From: the human T2T-CHM13v2.0 reference genome, Homo sapiens
DNA length: 64,000 nt
NCBI RefSeq assembly: GCF_009914755.1
Contig: NC_060927.1
Strand: one strand, 5' to 3'
The notes beneath the pieces were generated by a model. That model was given only the letters and a program-made list of their open reading frames with translations, was not told where the DNA came from and did not search any database. The position numbers and the translations under genes were made by a program. The number at the start of each line of letters is the position of its first letter. The first letter of the stretch is position 1. Below are positions 44,640 through 57,723 of the stretch, piece after piece.

Positions 44640-46400
44640 TTGAGTTGTGTCCTTGAAGATACCCCATTTGGAGCCATAGCTGTGATGGGCATTGCTATCT
44701 GATTAAGTTTTCAACATAATCTACTGTCATTCTCTATGATCCTTCAGGCTTTTGCACTGACTGAACAGGCTAGTTACTTGGTAGTGTGCTAGAAAACATG
44801 ATCCTTGCATCTCTCAAATTTTGACAGTGGCACTAATCTCTGTGGGATGTGGCATTTTGGATTACTGTCTTCAGGAAGGGAACATCTGTTCCTTGTTCCA
44901 CATATTAGGGAATCAACATCAAAATTCTGCCATTAAATATACTCTCTTTCTACTGTATGTTTGAAACCACTACTAGAACAGCTCAAGGCTTACTCTGACT
45001 AGTAGAACATTATGGTATTTTGGGTCTCTGAGTACAAGCATGAGTTCAAAACCACTAACTAATAACACTAATAAATTCTGAAGTATGGATATTTCCCACT
45101 CTGTAGTTACTCTGTTAACTGGTAATGGGTATATTTGAGGAACCCAATGCAGTTTTTTTTTTTTTTTTTTCAAACCAATCAGCCTGAACCTTTATTATGG
45201 GATGGGCTCTGAGTCTTAAAATTCCTTAGGTGAGATAACTAAGCTGTGAATCCCTCTAAAATGGCAACTGGGTTTAGATTTTTGGCCGCCAAATCTAGCC
45301 TTTATTGCTGAGACCAACTCGGTCAGGGAGACCCTAACCCAGCAACACTAGAGGAATTAAAGACACACACACAGAAATATAGAGGTGTAAAGTGGGAAAT
45401 CAGGGGTCTCACAGCCTTCAGAGCTGAGAGCCCCGAACAGAGATTTACCCACGTATTTATTAACAGCAAGCCAGTCATTAGCATTGTTTCTACAGATATT
45501 AAATTAACTAAAAATATCCCTTATGAGAAATGAAGAGATGGGCCGAATTAAAGGAATAGGTTGGGCTAGTTAACTGCAGCAGGAGCATGTCCTTAAGGAA
45601 GAGATCACTCATGCTATTGTTTGTGGCTTAAGAATGCCTTTAAGCGGTTTTCCGCCCTGGGCAGGCCAGGTGTTCTTTGCCCTCATTCCGGTAAACCCAG
45701 AACCTTCCAGCGTGGGCATTATGGCCGTCATGAACATGTTACAGTGCTGCAGAGATTTTGTTTATGGCCAGTTTTGGGGCCAGTTTATGGTCAGATTTTG
45801 GGAGGCTTGTTCCCAACACTTTATAATCCTATGTATTTCAAGAATCACTTTACTGGATGTCTAGGGATGATTTTTTTTCTTTTCTAGGACTGTGAGTAAT
45901 TAGCAATAGTCACAGATTTCCATGAGCCAGGACACTATGGCAACCATTTTCTCTCTATGGCTTATTGTGTAATGACACACACCTTTTCTCTAATGGTTAA
46001 ATGTCTCCTCCTACATTCAACCACCCTAGAATCCCATTATTACTATTGAGATCACAGAGACAACTTGCAAAATAGCATCTCATGTTAGTGTCTCTGGCCA
46101 ACAAAGTATAATCAGCAGAGAGGTCATCAAGAATATTCATGCCTCCCTTATTTCTTAATATCTTTCTTATTTCTTAATATCTTGTTGAGGGAATGTCTTT
46201 CCAGATATCCCAGGATGATGAGGCTAAGCAATGGCTCAGAAGATTCCACATAATAGATCCATTCCAACTCTATTACCTTAAAATTTAAGACTTCTTCCTT
46301 TAAAGTACAATAAGGTAGCTTTTGCCTTTTAACTTCATTAATTATAACTCTTTGTTGAGGAAAAACTTAGATTAGCCAACCTAACAGACTATTAGTGCCA
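44640..46400 (-). mobile_element. ERVL internal remnant (RT start, protease, probable gag), interrupted by MER9
   Basis: Minus strand gives RMTVDY then KLNQIAMPITAMAP (cf. WRMTVDYRKLNQVVTPIAAAVP); the part right of MER9 is less certain. Confidence 0.7.
45306..45818 (-). mobile_element. MER9 solo LTR (HERV-K HML-3)
   Basis: Minus strand starts TGTTGGGAACAAGCCTCCCAAAATCTGACCATAAACTGGCCCC; 513 bp; perfect 6-bp TSD ctttat. Confidence 0.95.
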
Positions 46401-47139
46401 TGCATGAGTGCTCAAGTACACAACAAATTTGAAACCAGTATGAATATATCTATGCCTATTAATTATGCCATGTATGTGCCTAATGAATCTTAAATTATAT
46501 CTGTAATCTAATACACTTAGAACCAAACATCACACATATTTCCCAGTTTCCCACCAATTTAGACTTGTGAGGGCTTTTTAACTCATTTGGTGTATAGACT
46601 ATCTCCTCCTTGAACAGATCGTGTGCCTCAGTGTCTGGACTATGTTGAAATATAACACTTGTTGCAGATCTGAAAGGAAGAAAAGGAAGAGGAGGTAATT
46701 CTGTAAATAATTTTATCATCTTATAAGGCTAATTGTTCCAGGTGCAACCAGGTGTTTAGGATGGACTGATTTTTTTTTTTTTTTCAGGTGGAAGAAAGAG
46801 TAGGGAAATTAGAAGTTTCAAAATCTTTAGCCTCATTCACATCTGTTTAATTGCTCCCATTCCATGTTAAAGGATCCTTCTCCTTTCCCGCCAGTTTCAT
46901 TAGCATGACAGGCCTGGGGTGTTGAGTGTTTAACTGGTGCTGCAACTTTATCCCTAATTAAGAATTCCTGTGCATGGCCCTCAGCCATGGGTGCCCTATG
47001 ACTAGCCACCACATGCCATAAGTTACTTGTGTCTCATTTTCCCCAGAATATATGTTATCTGTGAGCTCCTGGACTACTGTATATGACCAACTAAATCCTA
47101 GAATGCCATTTTGAGGATAAGTTACCAGGATACTCCTGG

Positions 47140-47635
47140 TATCAATTACTGTATAAGACAACAGAAAATAGATGGCACACTGAAATTAGGACAATATTTG
47201 AAGAGGGTTTATTAATAAAAAGCCTAATTTAAAAAATGTCTGGAGTCTTGCAAAACCACCAAAAATGGTACAGAATCTCAGAACCTTGTTACCAGAAGAA
47301 AATATTAACCTCTCTAGGTATAAACGTGATAAGAAATAGGAAAGATTTTCAGAACCAGAAGGAATAGTGTAGGATAGGCCACCTTGAGAACAGCAGTTCA
47401 CTTTTATCAAGTATGGTATAGTTACCTTGCCTGAGGTGACTTCAAAGGAAGGGAACCAGGGCAATTAAAGCTCTGACTCTCTTTCAGTCCCTTCTCTTAA
47501 ATTCCCCTGGGTTTCCCTGCTACAAGCAGAGGGCACAGGAGATCTGACGTATTTCAACAGGTCAGCTTCTTGCAGCAAAGTGTAGGATGGAAAAGGGTAA
47601 AGAATGGATCTGGAGGGGCTAATGAAGATTCCAAG
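47140..47635 (-). mobile_element. ERVL-class LTR (LTR67/LTR79-like)
   Basis: gatggcacactgaaattagga...ggatctggaggggc. Confidence 0.55.
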
Positions 47636-50050
47636 CTGAATTTTTTCCTGGAATCCTGAGTATAATCAGGAGTTTCATTCTTTCTTGATTGGGCATATTG
47701 GCACTTACTGGAAGTCTAATATGACAATAACTGAATTTCCTAAGAATGCTATCTACAGATGAAAAAAACTTGTGCTATGTTTTGCATAACCACTGTGTAC
47801 TTGATATAGTAATTATGTAAGTTTTATAAATACCTGCATAGAAGATTTGGTCATGAATAATTGGTATTTGGGTTTTTGCAGCTAAATTTTACCAATTGAT
47901 CCAGCTTTGCCAGTATAGAACTTGGAATTCAAACATTAACATACATGATTCAGTCCTGTAGGCAATCTGCAGCTCTATCAGAGCCTGAAGGTACTTTTCT
48001 CAGATTAAAGAGTAGTTTGATCTTTATAGTCATTCTTTATTTCTCCTTTAAAAATAGCATCGTAGACTGACAAATTATATTGCAGTGTAGTTACACATCT
48101 ACTTTCAAATTAAAATACGTGAATAAATAATAATACAGGAGATTTATAAAATAATATTATCATTAAATAAAATAAGTTATTTAATGGACAGTTAAATTAT
48201 AAGACAATTTGTATAAATTTAAGGTCAAATATTGTTGACAGCTCAGTATGAGCCAGTCCTTTACGTTATGGCACCAGAAGAATCTACAGTTTCTCATTCT
48301 TTTCATCTACTACAAAGCTACTTAAAAGTCAAAAGAACTGGAGAAACTTGGGACCTGTTTCAGGGAAATTTTTTAAATTTTCATAGCTCTTCTGTAAGCA
48401 GTAATGATAAATGTATTGCTTAAATAAAATATGTAATGGAAACATTTCCAACAGTTCCATCTGTTGTTACCTTTTAGTTTAATATGTACATTAAAACAGG
48501 AGGTTCAACCTGTAAGCCACACTTACTTTGTAGTAATAAATATCACTGATCTGGAACATTTAAAATTTAGTATCTCTGTGGAAATGATGAAGTGTAACAA
48601 GAAGAGAATTTCTATTTAAACTAGTGCTATATTAATAACAAAAAGGCCAGTAACAAGTCAAGCTCAGACTTTTTTTTTTCAATATTGGTGTAATATGAGA
48701 TATCAGGATTATGAACATTTAGAAGAAAATAAAAATGTCTTCATAGAAAAAAATACATGCATTGGGGATAGTGTGCATATGTGTCTATGAATTAATTTAA
48801 TTTCTTATTTATACTTATATTTGAGGCTGAAAATAAGAACATTTTCTCAGCCCTTACTCTGTGTTCCTCTGGAAGAAAATGTGAATATTTGATGTTAAAA
48901 GACTCCACTGATGTACAAAATATGCCATTAAAAAGAATAATTAGGGATTCCTCATGAGGAATAGCATTTAAAGGTAAGGGCAATACAGATAAAACCACTA
49001 GGAGTAAAGACAGAGTTTTAAAGTTGTACTGCTGCCAATTATTTGGTTATCGAATAGGCTTCAATGAATCAGGTCATAGAAGACACGGGAAGAGAAGTTA
49101 TTAGATTTAGATTTTAGAGGTTTTAAGTAATCGTGCTTCTTTTTAATTCTCATAATAGCAAAACATTTAAGTTCTTAGCATTTGACCTCAGAAAATTGGG
49201 ATTAAAGATTTGTTCTTATTTACTGAGGCCACAGAATAAACTATTGTTTGTGTTCTGGAATGCATCATATAAGCAAACACAAATTGCTTAAAAATGTCTC
49301 AAAAGTCCAAACACGTTAAAACCATTGTTTGCAAATGGTTTATTTTTACCTTAATTGTCAGCATAATGTCAGAACACAGACTGAATTTTTGAAAGTACTA
49401 CTTGGCAAGTTCTTATTGATTGATTGAAGAAAAAGTGGACAAAGTAAATTCCTGACAGCTTGACCCATTTTGTTTTCCTAGGCAGATTACAAAAATCAAG
49501 CAATTATTACAAGTTTAAAACTCTGGTGGATATATGAGAAATACAGAAGAATCAGAAATATATAGAAGTGACATTAGAATTTGAAGGAGTCCAGATTTAT
49601 TATAAAGTTTTTTTTAAAGGCAGAAATAACAGATCGAACACCATTTTCCAACGATATTATGAACTGGTCCATCAAAGTACAAAATTTAATAAAAATGACT
49701 CAGGCTTTCACTTGATTTATTACTGTGGTTATTCATATTCATTAATTCACCCAAAATATATTTCATCCCTTTAAGAATGAGAGACTACACTAGTTTCTGA
49801 AGATTTAATAACAAAAAAGTATTTAACTTGTAATAACATGTTTAATTTTTTGACACTCAATTCATGAGTTTGATTATATTGACTGTATTATATTCAAGAA
49901 GGTTGCTTTTTACTTCCAGGGTATTTGAAAGTATACTTTATTTTTAGTACTTGTAGTAATTTGTTTGCATTTTTTCTTAGCAGATAATGGTTGATTAGGG
50001 AGTTAAAGTACTGAACTTCATTTTCAGACTGTATATCTTTTTAATGTGTA

Positions 50051-52549
50051 TAATATGGTTTGCATTTGTGTCGCTTCCCAAATCTCATGTTGAATTAGAG
50101 GAGGGGCCTTGTGGGAGACGGTTGAATCATGGGGATGGTATCCCCCTTGCTGTTCTCATGATATTGAGTGAGTTCTCTAAAGATCTGATGGTTTAAAAGT
50201 GTGTGGGACTCTCCCCTTTTCTCTCTCTCTGCTCTGCAGTGGTAAGACGTGCTTGCTTTCCCTTCACCTTCTACCATGATTGTAAGTTTCCTGGAGCCTC
50301 CTAGCCATGCTTCCTGCACAGCCTGTGGAACTGTGAGTCAATTAAATCTCTTTTCTTCATACGTTACCCAGTCCAGGTAGTTCTTAATAGCAGTGTGAGA
50401 ATAAACAAACACAGGAAATTGGTACCAGAAAAGTACGGCACTGCCATAAAGATACCTGAACATATGGAAGAAGCTTTGGAACTGGGTAACAGACAGAGGT
50501 TGGAATAGTTTGGAGGCCTCAGAAGAAGAAAAGAAGATGTGGTAAAGTTTAGAACTTCCTAGAGATTTGTTGAATGGTTTTGACCAAAATGCTGATGGTG
50601 ATATGGACAGTGAAGTCCAGACTGAGGCAGTCTCAGATAGAGATGAGAAACTTATTGGGAACTGGAGTAAAGATCATTCTTGCTATGCTTTAACAAAGAG
50701 ACTTGGCATTTTGCCCCTGCCCTGTGGAACTTTGAACCTGAGAGAGATGATTTAGGGTATCTGGTGGAAGAAATTTCTAATCAGCAAATCATTCAAGAAG
50801 TTATCTGGCTGTTTCTGAAAGTGTACACTCATATGCATGAACAAAGAGATTATCTGAAACTGGAACTTAATATTTAAAAGGGAAACAGCATAAAAGTTTG
50901 GAAAATTTGCAACCCTACCAGGCAGTAAAAAAGAAAAACCCATTTTCTGGGGAGGAATTCAAGGCTGCAGAAATTTGCATAAGTAAAGGAGAGCTGAATA
51001 TTAATAGCCAAGACAAGGGGGTTGGGAATGCCTTTAGGGTATTTCAGAGACCTTGGGGCAGGCCCTCCCACCACAGTCCTAGAAGCCTGGAGGAAAAAAA
51101 AAAAAATAGTTTCATGGGCCAGGCCCCGGACTCCACTGCTCTTTGTAGCCTCAGGACAGCCTGAGTCCCAGATGCTCCAGCTCCAGCCATGGCTAAAAGG
51201 GGCCAAGGTACAGCTCCAGCCATGGCTGGCTTCAGAGGTGAAAGCCCCAAGCCTTGGCAGCTTCCGTACGGTGTTGATCCTGTGAGTACACTGAAGGCAA
51301 GAGTTGAGGTTTGGGAACTTCTGCCTAGATTTCAGAGGATGTAGGGAAATGCCTGAATGTACAGACAGAAGTCTGCTGCAGGGGCAGATCCTTCATGGAG
51401 AACCTCTACTAGAGCAGTACAGAGGGTAAATGTAGGGTTGGAGCCCCCACAAATAGTCCCCATTGGGCTATTGCCTAGTGGAGCTGTGAGAAGAGGGCCA
51501 CTGTCCTCTAGACCCCTGAATGGTAGATCCACCAACAGCTTGCACCATGCACTTGGAAAAAGCCTGCAGGCACTCGATGCCAGCCTGTGAAAGCAGCCCC
51601 AAGGACTATACCCTGCAAAACCACAGGGGTGGAGCTGCCCAAGGCCAAAAGAGCCCACCCCTTGCATTAGCATGCCCTGGATGTGAGACACGGAATTGAA
51701 GATATTATTTTGGAGATTTAAAATTTAATAACTGCCCTGCCTGTCTGCCTTTGCTATACCCTGCAAAGCCACAGGGGTGGAGCTGCCCAAGGCCATGAGA
51801 GCCCACCTCTTGCATTAGCGTGCCCTGGATGTGAGACATGGAGTCAAAGGAGATTATTTTGGAGCCTTAAGATTTAATGACTTTCCTGTTAGGTTTTGGA
51901 CTTGCATGGGGCCTGTAGCCCCTTGGTTTTGGCCAATTTTTCCATTTTGGGATGGCAGCATTTACCCAATGCCTGTAGCTTTATTGTATCTTTAGAGTAA
52001 TGAACTTGTGTTTTATTTTACAGGCTAATAGGTGAAAGGTACCTGCCTTGTCTCAGATGAGACTTGAGCTGTGAGGCTTTTGCATTTATGCTGAAATTAG
52101 TTAAGACTGGGGTACTGATGAGAAGGGATAATTGTATTTTGCAATGTGAGAAGGACATGAGATTTGGGAGGGGCCAGGGCAGAATGATATGGTTTGAATT
52201 TGTGTCCCTGCTCAAAAATCATGTTGAAGTGGAGGAGGAGCCTGGTGGGAGGTGATTGTATTATGGAGGCGGATCATCTTTCTCAGAATAGTGAGTTCTT
52301 ACAAGGTCTTATGGTTTAAAAGTGTGTGGCACTTTTTTTTCCCTTCTTCTCTCTCTCTCTCTCCTGCTTTGCCTTTGTAAGACGTGCCTGCTTCTCTTTC
52401 ACGTTCCACCATAATTATAAGTTTCCTAGGGTCTCCTAGCTATGCTTCCTGCACAGCCTATGGAACTGTTAGTCAATTAAATCTCTGTTCTTCATAAATT
52501 ACCCAGTCTCAGGTAGTTCTTTATAGTAGTGTGAGAACAGCCTAATATA
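50051..52549 (+). mobile_element. Complete MaLR (MSTA/THE1D-class): LTR 50051-50413, internal region, LTR 52185-52549
   Basis: Two homologous LTRs, aaattggtaccag leader, purine-rich PPT, perfect TSD gtgta. Confidence 0.95.
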
Positions 52550-53070
52550 GTGTATTAACACAATTCCAGACTCAGAGAAGATACTCAATCTTTCTTCAGT
52601 GGATGAATCAGTCAAAATATATTGTCATTTAACAGCTCTACCTGTCTTTGAAATTGAAAAAGAAGGAAGATATGTTAGAAACTTAATAATCTCTGATAAG
52701 ACATTCTTTTAGGTTTGACTACATGTATCCATGTCACTTTACACTAAAACAAAATAAACAAAAATAAATACAGAAATTAGAAGCTGAGAACCTCACAATT
52801 TCAGGAAAGTTAAATTATTTGCTTCTCACCAGTAGGCCAGGGATTCCTTGAGAGGCATACATGCAAATTATTTGTAAATGACTTATGGGAAGACAGTTAT
52901 CAAAATGCAGTCTTTGGCTTGAATATAGTTTGTACAAAACATTTATTGTAGTAAGGGAAGAATAAGTTCAGTTCTTTGTAAAAAAGATAATTAGAATATA
53001 GTTTTAAAATATATTTGGTTACTTGAAAAAAAAACAGTGAGTACTATGAAACTGCATCAACAAAGCACTA

Positions 53071-53145
53071 TTTTTTTATTATTATACTTTAAGTTCTAGG
53101 GTACATGTGTGCAACATGCAGGTTTGTTGCATATGTATACATGAG
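53071..53145 (-). mobile_element. ~70-bp L1PA 3'-terminal insertion
   Basis: attatactttaagttctagggtacatgtg; 16-bp TSD caaagcactatttttt. Confidence 0.93.
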
Positions 53146-53699
53146 CAAAGCACTATTTTTTAATGAGCAGCACAAAAAGCACCTTAGGTGTGTATTACTG
53201 GACATTTTCTATTACTGATCTTATCTCTTTCATGGATTTTAACTTTACTCTCTGAATCTATGAAGTACTTTTTTATTGATTTATTAAATTTTAACTAGTA
53301 TTTATTAGGCATCCCTTTTGTGTATAACAGTGGGAGACATAAAATTAGTATTAAAATGTTATTGTCTCTGAAGGAACAGATTGTATGAGAAAGAATGCAT
53401 TATATAGAGAAGTCTGCAAAATATTTAAATAAATGTGTTGTATAAAATGATCATTACATGGTAATGTAAATCAATAAAAAATAAAAATATGAATATTCAA
53501 AATTTGGTTATTTATTGATAGGGGAAGCCCAGAGACAAGAAGACAAGTTAAGGAATTATTTTAACAGTTCGGGCTAAAGTAAGTATGGTCAGAGAATAAA
53601 GAGTAGGGGTCTAGGAGACACCAGAAGCTGTTCACAGTGCTGAAAGCTTACATAGTGCACACACAAACATTTCTTCCCTGGACTCTGCTAATATTTATA

Positions 53700-56600
53700 A
53701 TTTTTCTCCTCCACTACACATTATATACTTCTTTTTTCTTCATTCAACATCACAGCTGGTAGGATTCTTTATCCATATTCATGAGGGATCTGACCCTTTG
53801 TAGTTCTGTATGCATAGGGTTAGCATAGTGTCCCATTGAATTGTAACACTGTACATGTTAGTACAAGGAAAAGTCTTATGGATCACTTGGGTTCCATCTA
53901 TACTCCTCTGTTTCCCCACTGTATTAAAACAGAGATTTTTATCTTTATAGTCAAAATGAATTATTAGACCAAATAAAATAACTTAAGTTTTTCACCCTGA
54001 TACACTCAATGGAAAGAAGAGCCCTAAAAGGTAAAATAAGTGTCTGCTTCCAATTCATGGGAACCACTGATATCTCTCTTGATGGAAGGATACACTCCCT
54101 GAGCATTAAACTTCCTAAGCAGCAGGTTTAAGAAAAGTCAAACTAGAAAATAATAATGTGAGTAAATATTTAGATTTATTATGTACAACATCATTCCCAC
54201 TGTGCCACTTAGTTCTATCACAATTTTGAGAGAAACCGTTCCACATATTGGCTACTGGCTTAGAGCTTACAGTATTCTGTACCATAGCTCTATAATGGTT
54301 GATAGTATAACTCCACCTTTTTCTAAGGTCAGCCACTTTTGTGTGATGTGGGACAGGGTGAGACTTTGAACATAAAGGCATTGCCTAACTTCTTGCAATA
54401 GAGAGTTGCTTGCTTAGAATTGATGTATGTTATACTATAATTGTTTATAAAGCATTTACTTGGTCTAGGGTAAATAGTTATAAAAGAAGAATGAGAGGCA
54501 AAGAATACAGTTCCATAATTAGAATAAATTGTAACACTGTACAATTTGAATAAATTGTAGAATTTTATTCTTTACCTATCATTCTTCTTCTCTAACGATG
54601 ATAGACCAAGTCACCCTTGGAGTAACCCTTGGTCTAGACCCTTGGTCTAGGGTTAATAGTTACAAAAGAAGAAAGTAACCCCTCTTTTATAACTATTAAT
54701 TATACATTGTCAATAGAATAAGTCTATTCCAGCAATGAAAAGTGTTCATACAAGCTTCATGGATGGAGTTCTAACATAATCAATCTGCCATCAAGTTACT
54801 ATGCAGCTTTTCCAACACTACAATTTTGAGAAGGCCTGTAGGGGTTACATTATTGATAGCTGTCAAGAAAAAAAACTGGACACTCAGTATTAGCAATTGG
54901 TTGGATTCATAAGGGCATGTCTATTGCATGGGCCCATGCATAGGTTCTGTTCCTATTACTAGGGATGCTTTCTTCCATGTGCTCACTGAGAATGCACTAT
55001 TGTGACTAAGGAAGTATGATGATGAACATGCACAGAGTGGTTTTTCTTTACATTTTATCATTACAATCCTCAGACAAAATGCAACTTATTGGTGAACATA
55101 CACATATGATCTAAATATATATTTTTAAAATGGACCAACCTATTGTGAGAAATCTACAAAGAATCCCTTTTCTGAAACCAACATGTCAACAATCTTTTAA
55201 CATTTTTTTTTTAAAATGCCAAAGGATTTAGCCAAAATATGAATCATTACTTGCGGGCCACTGTAGAGCATAACCACAGGCCATTTCTTCTTATAGGGAA
55301 AGTGGATAATTGGATATCTAGCTTGTAGTTCTTCCTGATGGCGATAATTACCTTCTTTATCATTAGTGACGCTGTAATGTTTCAGCAGTCCACATCTGAG
55401 TGAGTGATGCCAGAATTTTATGCATTCATGTGAAAATAAGGTTTGATTTATTTCTTCTTTGGGCAAATAATCACAGAGAATCTTTATAAGCCCACTTGTT
55501 TGTGTTAATGGAAGCTTGAATTATGGCTGGGATATGTACTTTGGTATTCTAATGCAACCCATGTGTAGTTTCTGTGCCAGACTGCAAGTTGTTCCATATG
55601 TACTATTTTTGCTTCATAATGGAGTAGTATTTTGCACAACTAAAATGTATGTCTTCATGGATATGGCAATGTCTAATTCTTGATTACAGGCTTGAATGTA
55701 ATGGTCATCTCTTGGTCTATGGAGAGTTGCTCAGGCTCTACTAGGGTTCCTCATCAAACCAAACACCGTTTTGCCAAGGATAGTTTGTCGTTAAAGAGGA
55801 TATAACCTAGTTTCAAAATCTTAGGAGATATTGATGGCCTCATCACAGGCACCACACAACTTTCTGATATACCAAAAGTCTTTGACAAACACTGACTTCT
55901 GTTAAATCTTGTGTCTAGAGGCAGAGCTGTTTGCGTGGTAATCTGTACTAACCAGAGAGCAATCTTTTCTTTGGGGAGGGAGAAGTATTTAATTCAAAGG
56001 TCACAGGTTTTTAGGACATCTATAAATAGATGTTAATGGGTTACCCAATGCAGTTTATGCTGTTGGAAAATACAAAAATGTGAAATCGCTCACCAAATAC
56101 TTTCTCTTTCTCAATTGTACAAGGTGAGGGTGCAGTAACTTACCCTTCACTTTAGAGTAGATGCCCTGATGTATGCATCATGAATCACATATTTTTTGTA
56201 AGATTGATTTTAACTCTTTCTCATTCATATGTCTTCCTAAGGAATACAAAGAATTCCTGAGCTGAATTAAATTGCTCTAGTAATGAGACTATACCTGGAA
56301 GAGTAATTATAATTTGGAGTCATGTCCTGATTAAGCTTATAAAAATTTACTCTTCAAATACTCATTGAGCTAATTGGCTAAAACGGTTAAGATAAATTCA
56401 TCTTTCAAGTCTCTATGGTGCTACTCATCTCTCACTTTCCTAGTGATGTGGACATACAATCTGATTTATTATTTTGGTAGAAAGAGGGAGTTCTAGGAAT
56501 ATTATCTTTGCTATTTTCACCATAATTCTTTTTTAAAGGGTAAGAAGACAACTAGGGTTTTTCTTTCAGTTGATAAGCACCTTCTTCAAGAATTGGAAAT

Positions 56601-56830
56601 ATAAAAAACATGAGCTCAGAATCTCCTGATGCCAACATAAGGGCTACAGAGATGGCCACTAAATGCTTTTCAAATGCTGTTGGAGATCCCTTTTAATTTA
56701 TTTCTCATATTATACATTTCTTGAAAATATCAAGTTCTTAGATAAATTTAGTGCACAAGCCAGTTAACCTTGGTGTGGTCTTGCTGTTGAATGCAATCTC
56801 ATTCCAGTTATGCTGGAATCAAATTCTAGT
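53700..56830 (-). mobile_element. Ancient ERVL-like internal remnant (pol)
   Basis: Minus strand near 56130-56170 reads GIYSKVKGKLLH (cf. DIPSKVKDKLLH); boundaries uncertain. Confidence 0.6.
54458..54611. repeat. ~154-bp imperfect palindrome
   Basis: Ends acttggtcta/tagaccaagt; inner arms 54484-54520 and 54553-54589 complementary at 31/37. Confidence 0.9.
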
Positions 56831-56880
56831 TATAGCTCTGAAATCAACAAGAGATGAGGGCAGGGGACAACACTAAAGAG

Positions 56881-57176
56881 TTTTCTTAATCCAGTCTACC
56901 ATTGTTGGACATTTGGCTTGGTTCCAAGTCTTTGCTATTGTGAATAGTGTGGCAATAAACATACGTGTGCATGTGTCTTTATAGCAGCATGATTTATAGT
57001 CCTTTGGGTATATACCAGTAATGGGATGGCTGGGTCAAATGGTATTTCTAGTTCTAGATCCCTGAGGAATCGCCACACTGACTTCCACAATGGTTGAACT
57101 AGTTTACAGTCCCACCAATGGTGTAAAAGTGTTCCTATTTCTCCACATCCTCTCCAGCACCTGTTGTTTCCTGACT
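56881..57176 (-). mobile_element. Inverted segment of twin-primed L1PA3-like element
   Basis: ttttcttaatccagtc...gtttcctgact; ORF gives [12 protein letters not shown]. Confidence 0.95.
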
Positions 57177-57563
57177 GTGGCACATAGACACCATGGAATA
57201 CTATGCAGCCATGAAAAATGATGAGTTCATGTCCTTTGTAGGGACATGGATGAAATTGGAAATCATCATTCTCAGTAAACTATCGCAAGGACAAAAAGCC
57301 AAACACCACATGTTCTCACTCATAGGTGGGAATTGAACAATGAGAACACATGGACACGGGAAGGGGAACATCACACTCTGGGGACTGTTGTGGGGTGGGG
57401 GGAGGGGGGAGGGATAGCATTAGGAGATATACCTAATGCTAAATGAGGAGTTAATGGGTGCAGCACACCAGCATGGCACATGTATACATATGTAACTAAC
57501 CTGCACATTGTGCACATGTACCCTAAAACTTAAAGTATAATAGTAATAAAATTAAAAAAAAAA
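57176..57563 (+). mobile_element. L1PA3-like 3' end
   Basis: aatgctaaatga...gtaactaacctgcacattg...ccctaaaacttaaagtataa. Confidence 0.95.
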
Positions 57564-57723
57564 CAACAAAAACACAATCTGCAGAGCGAAAAAGCAGCCA
57601 CCAGAATGGAAGAAAATATTTGCAAATCATATATCTAATGAAAGATTAATATCCAGAGTAAAAAAAAAAACTTGCATATGTACTTTTGAACTTAAAATAA
57701 ACCTTTAAAAAAGAAAAAAAAAA
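57564..57723 (+). other. Probable 3'-transduced segment (older L1 fragments plus second A-tail)
   Basis: Lies between the L1PA3 tail and the 3' TSD copy actaaagagtttt. Confidence 0.7.

Noticed and set aside
46147-46182. Short tandem microduplications (also ~28605, ~32689, ~39903, ~58936)
   Set aside because: Common slippage products with no spacer array or CRISPR-like organisation
50567-52255. Dense ORF cluster
   Set aside because: Fragments of MaLR internal sequence with stops and frameshifts
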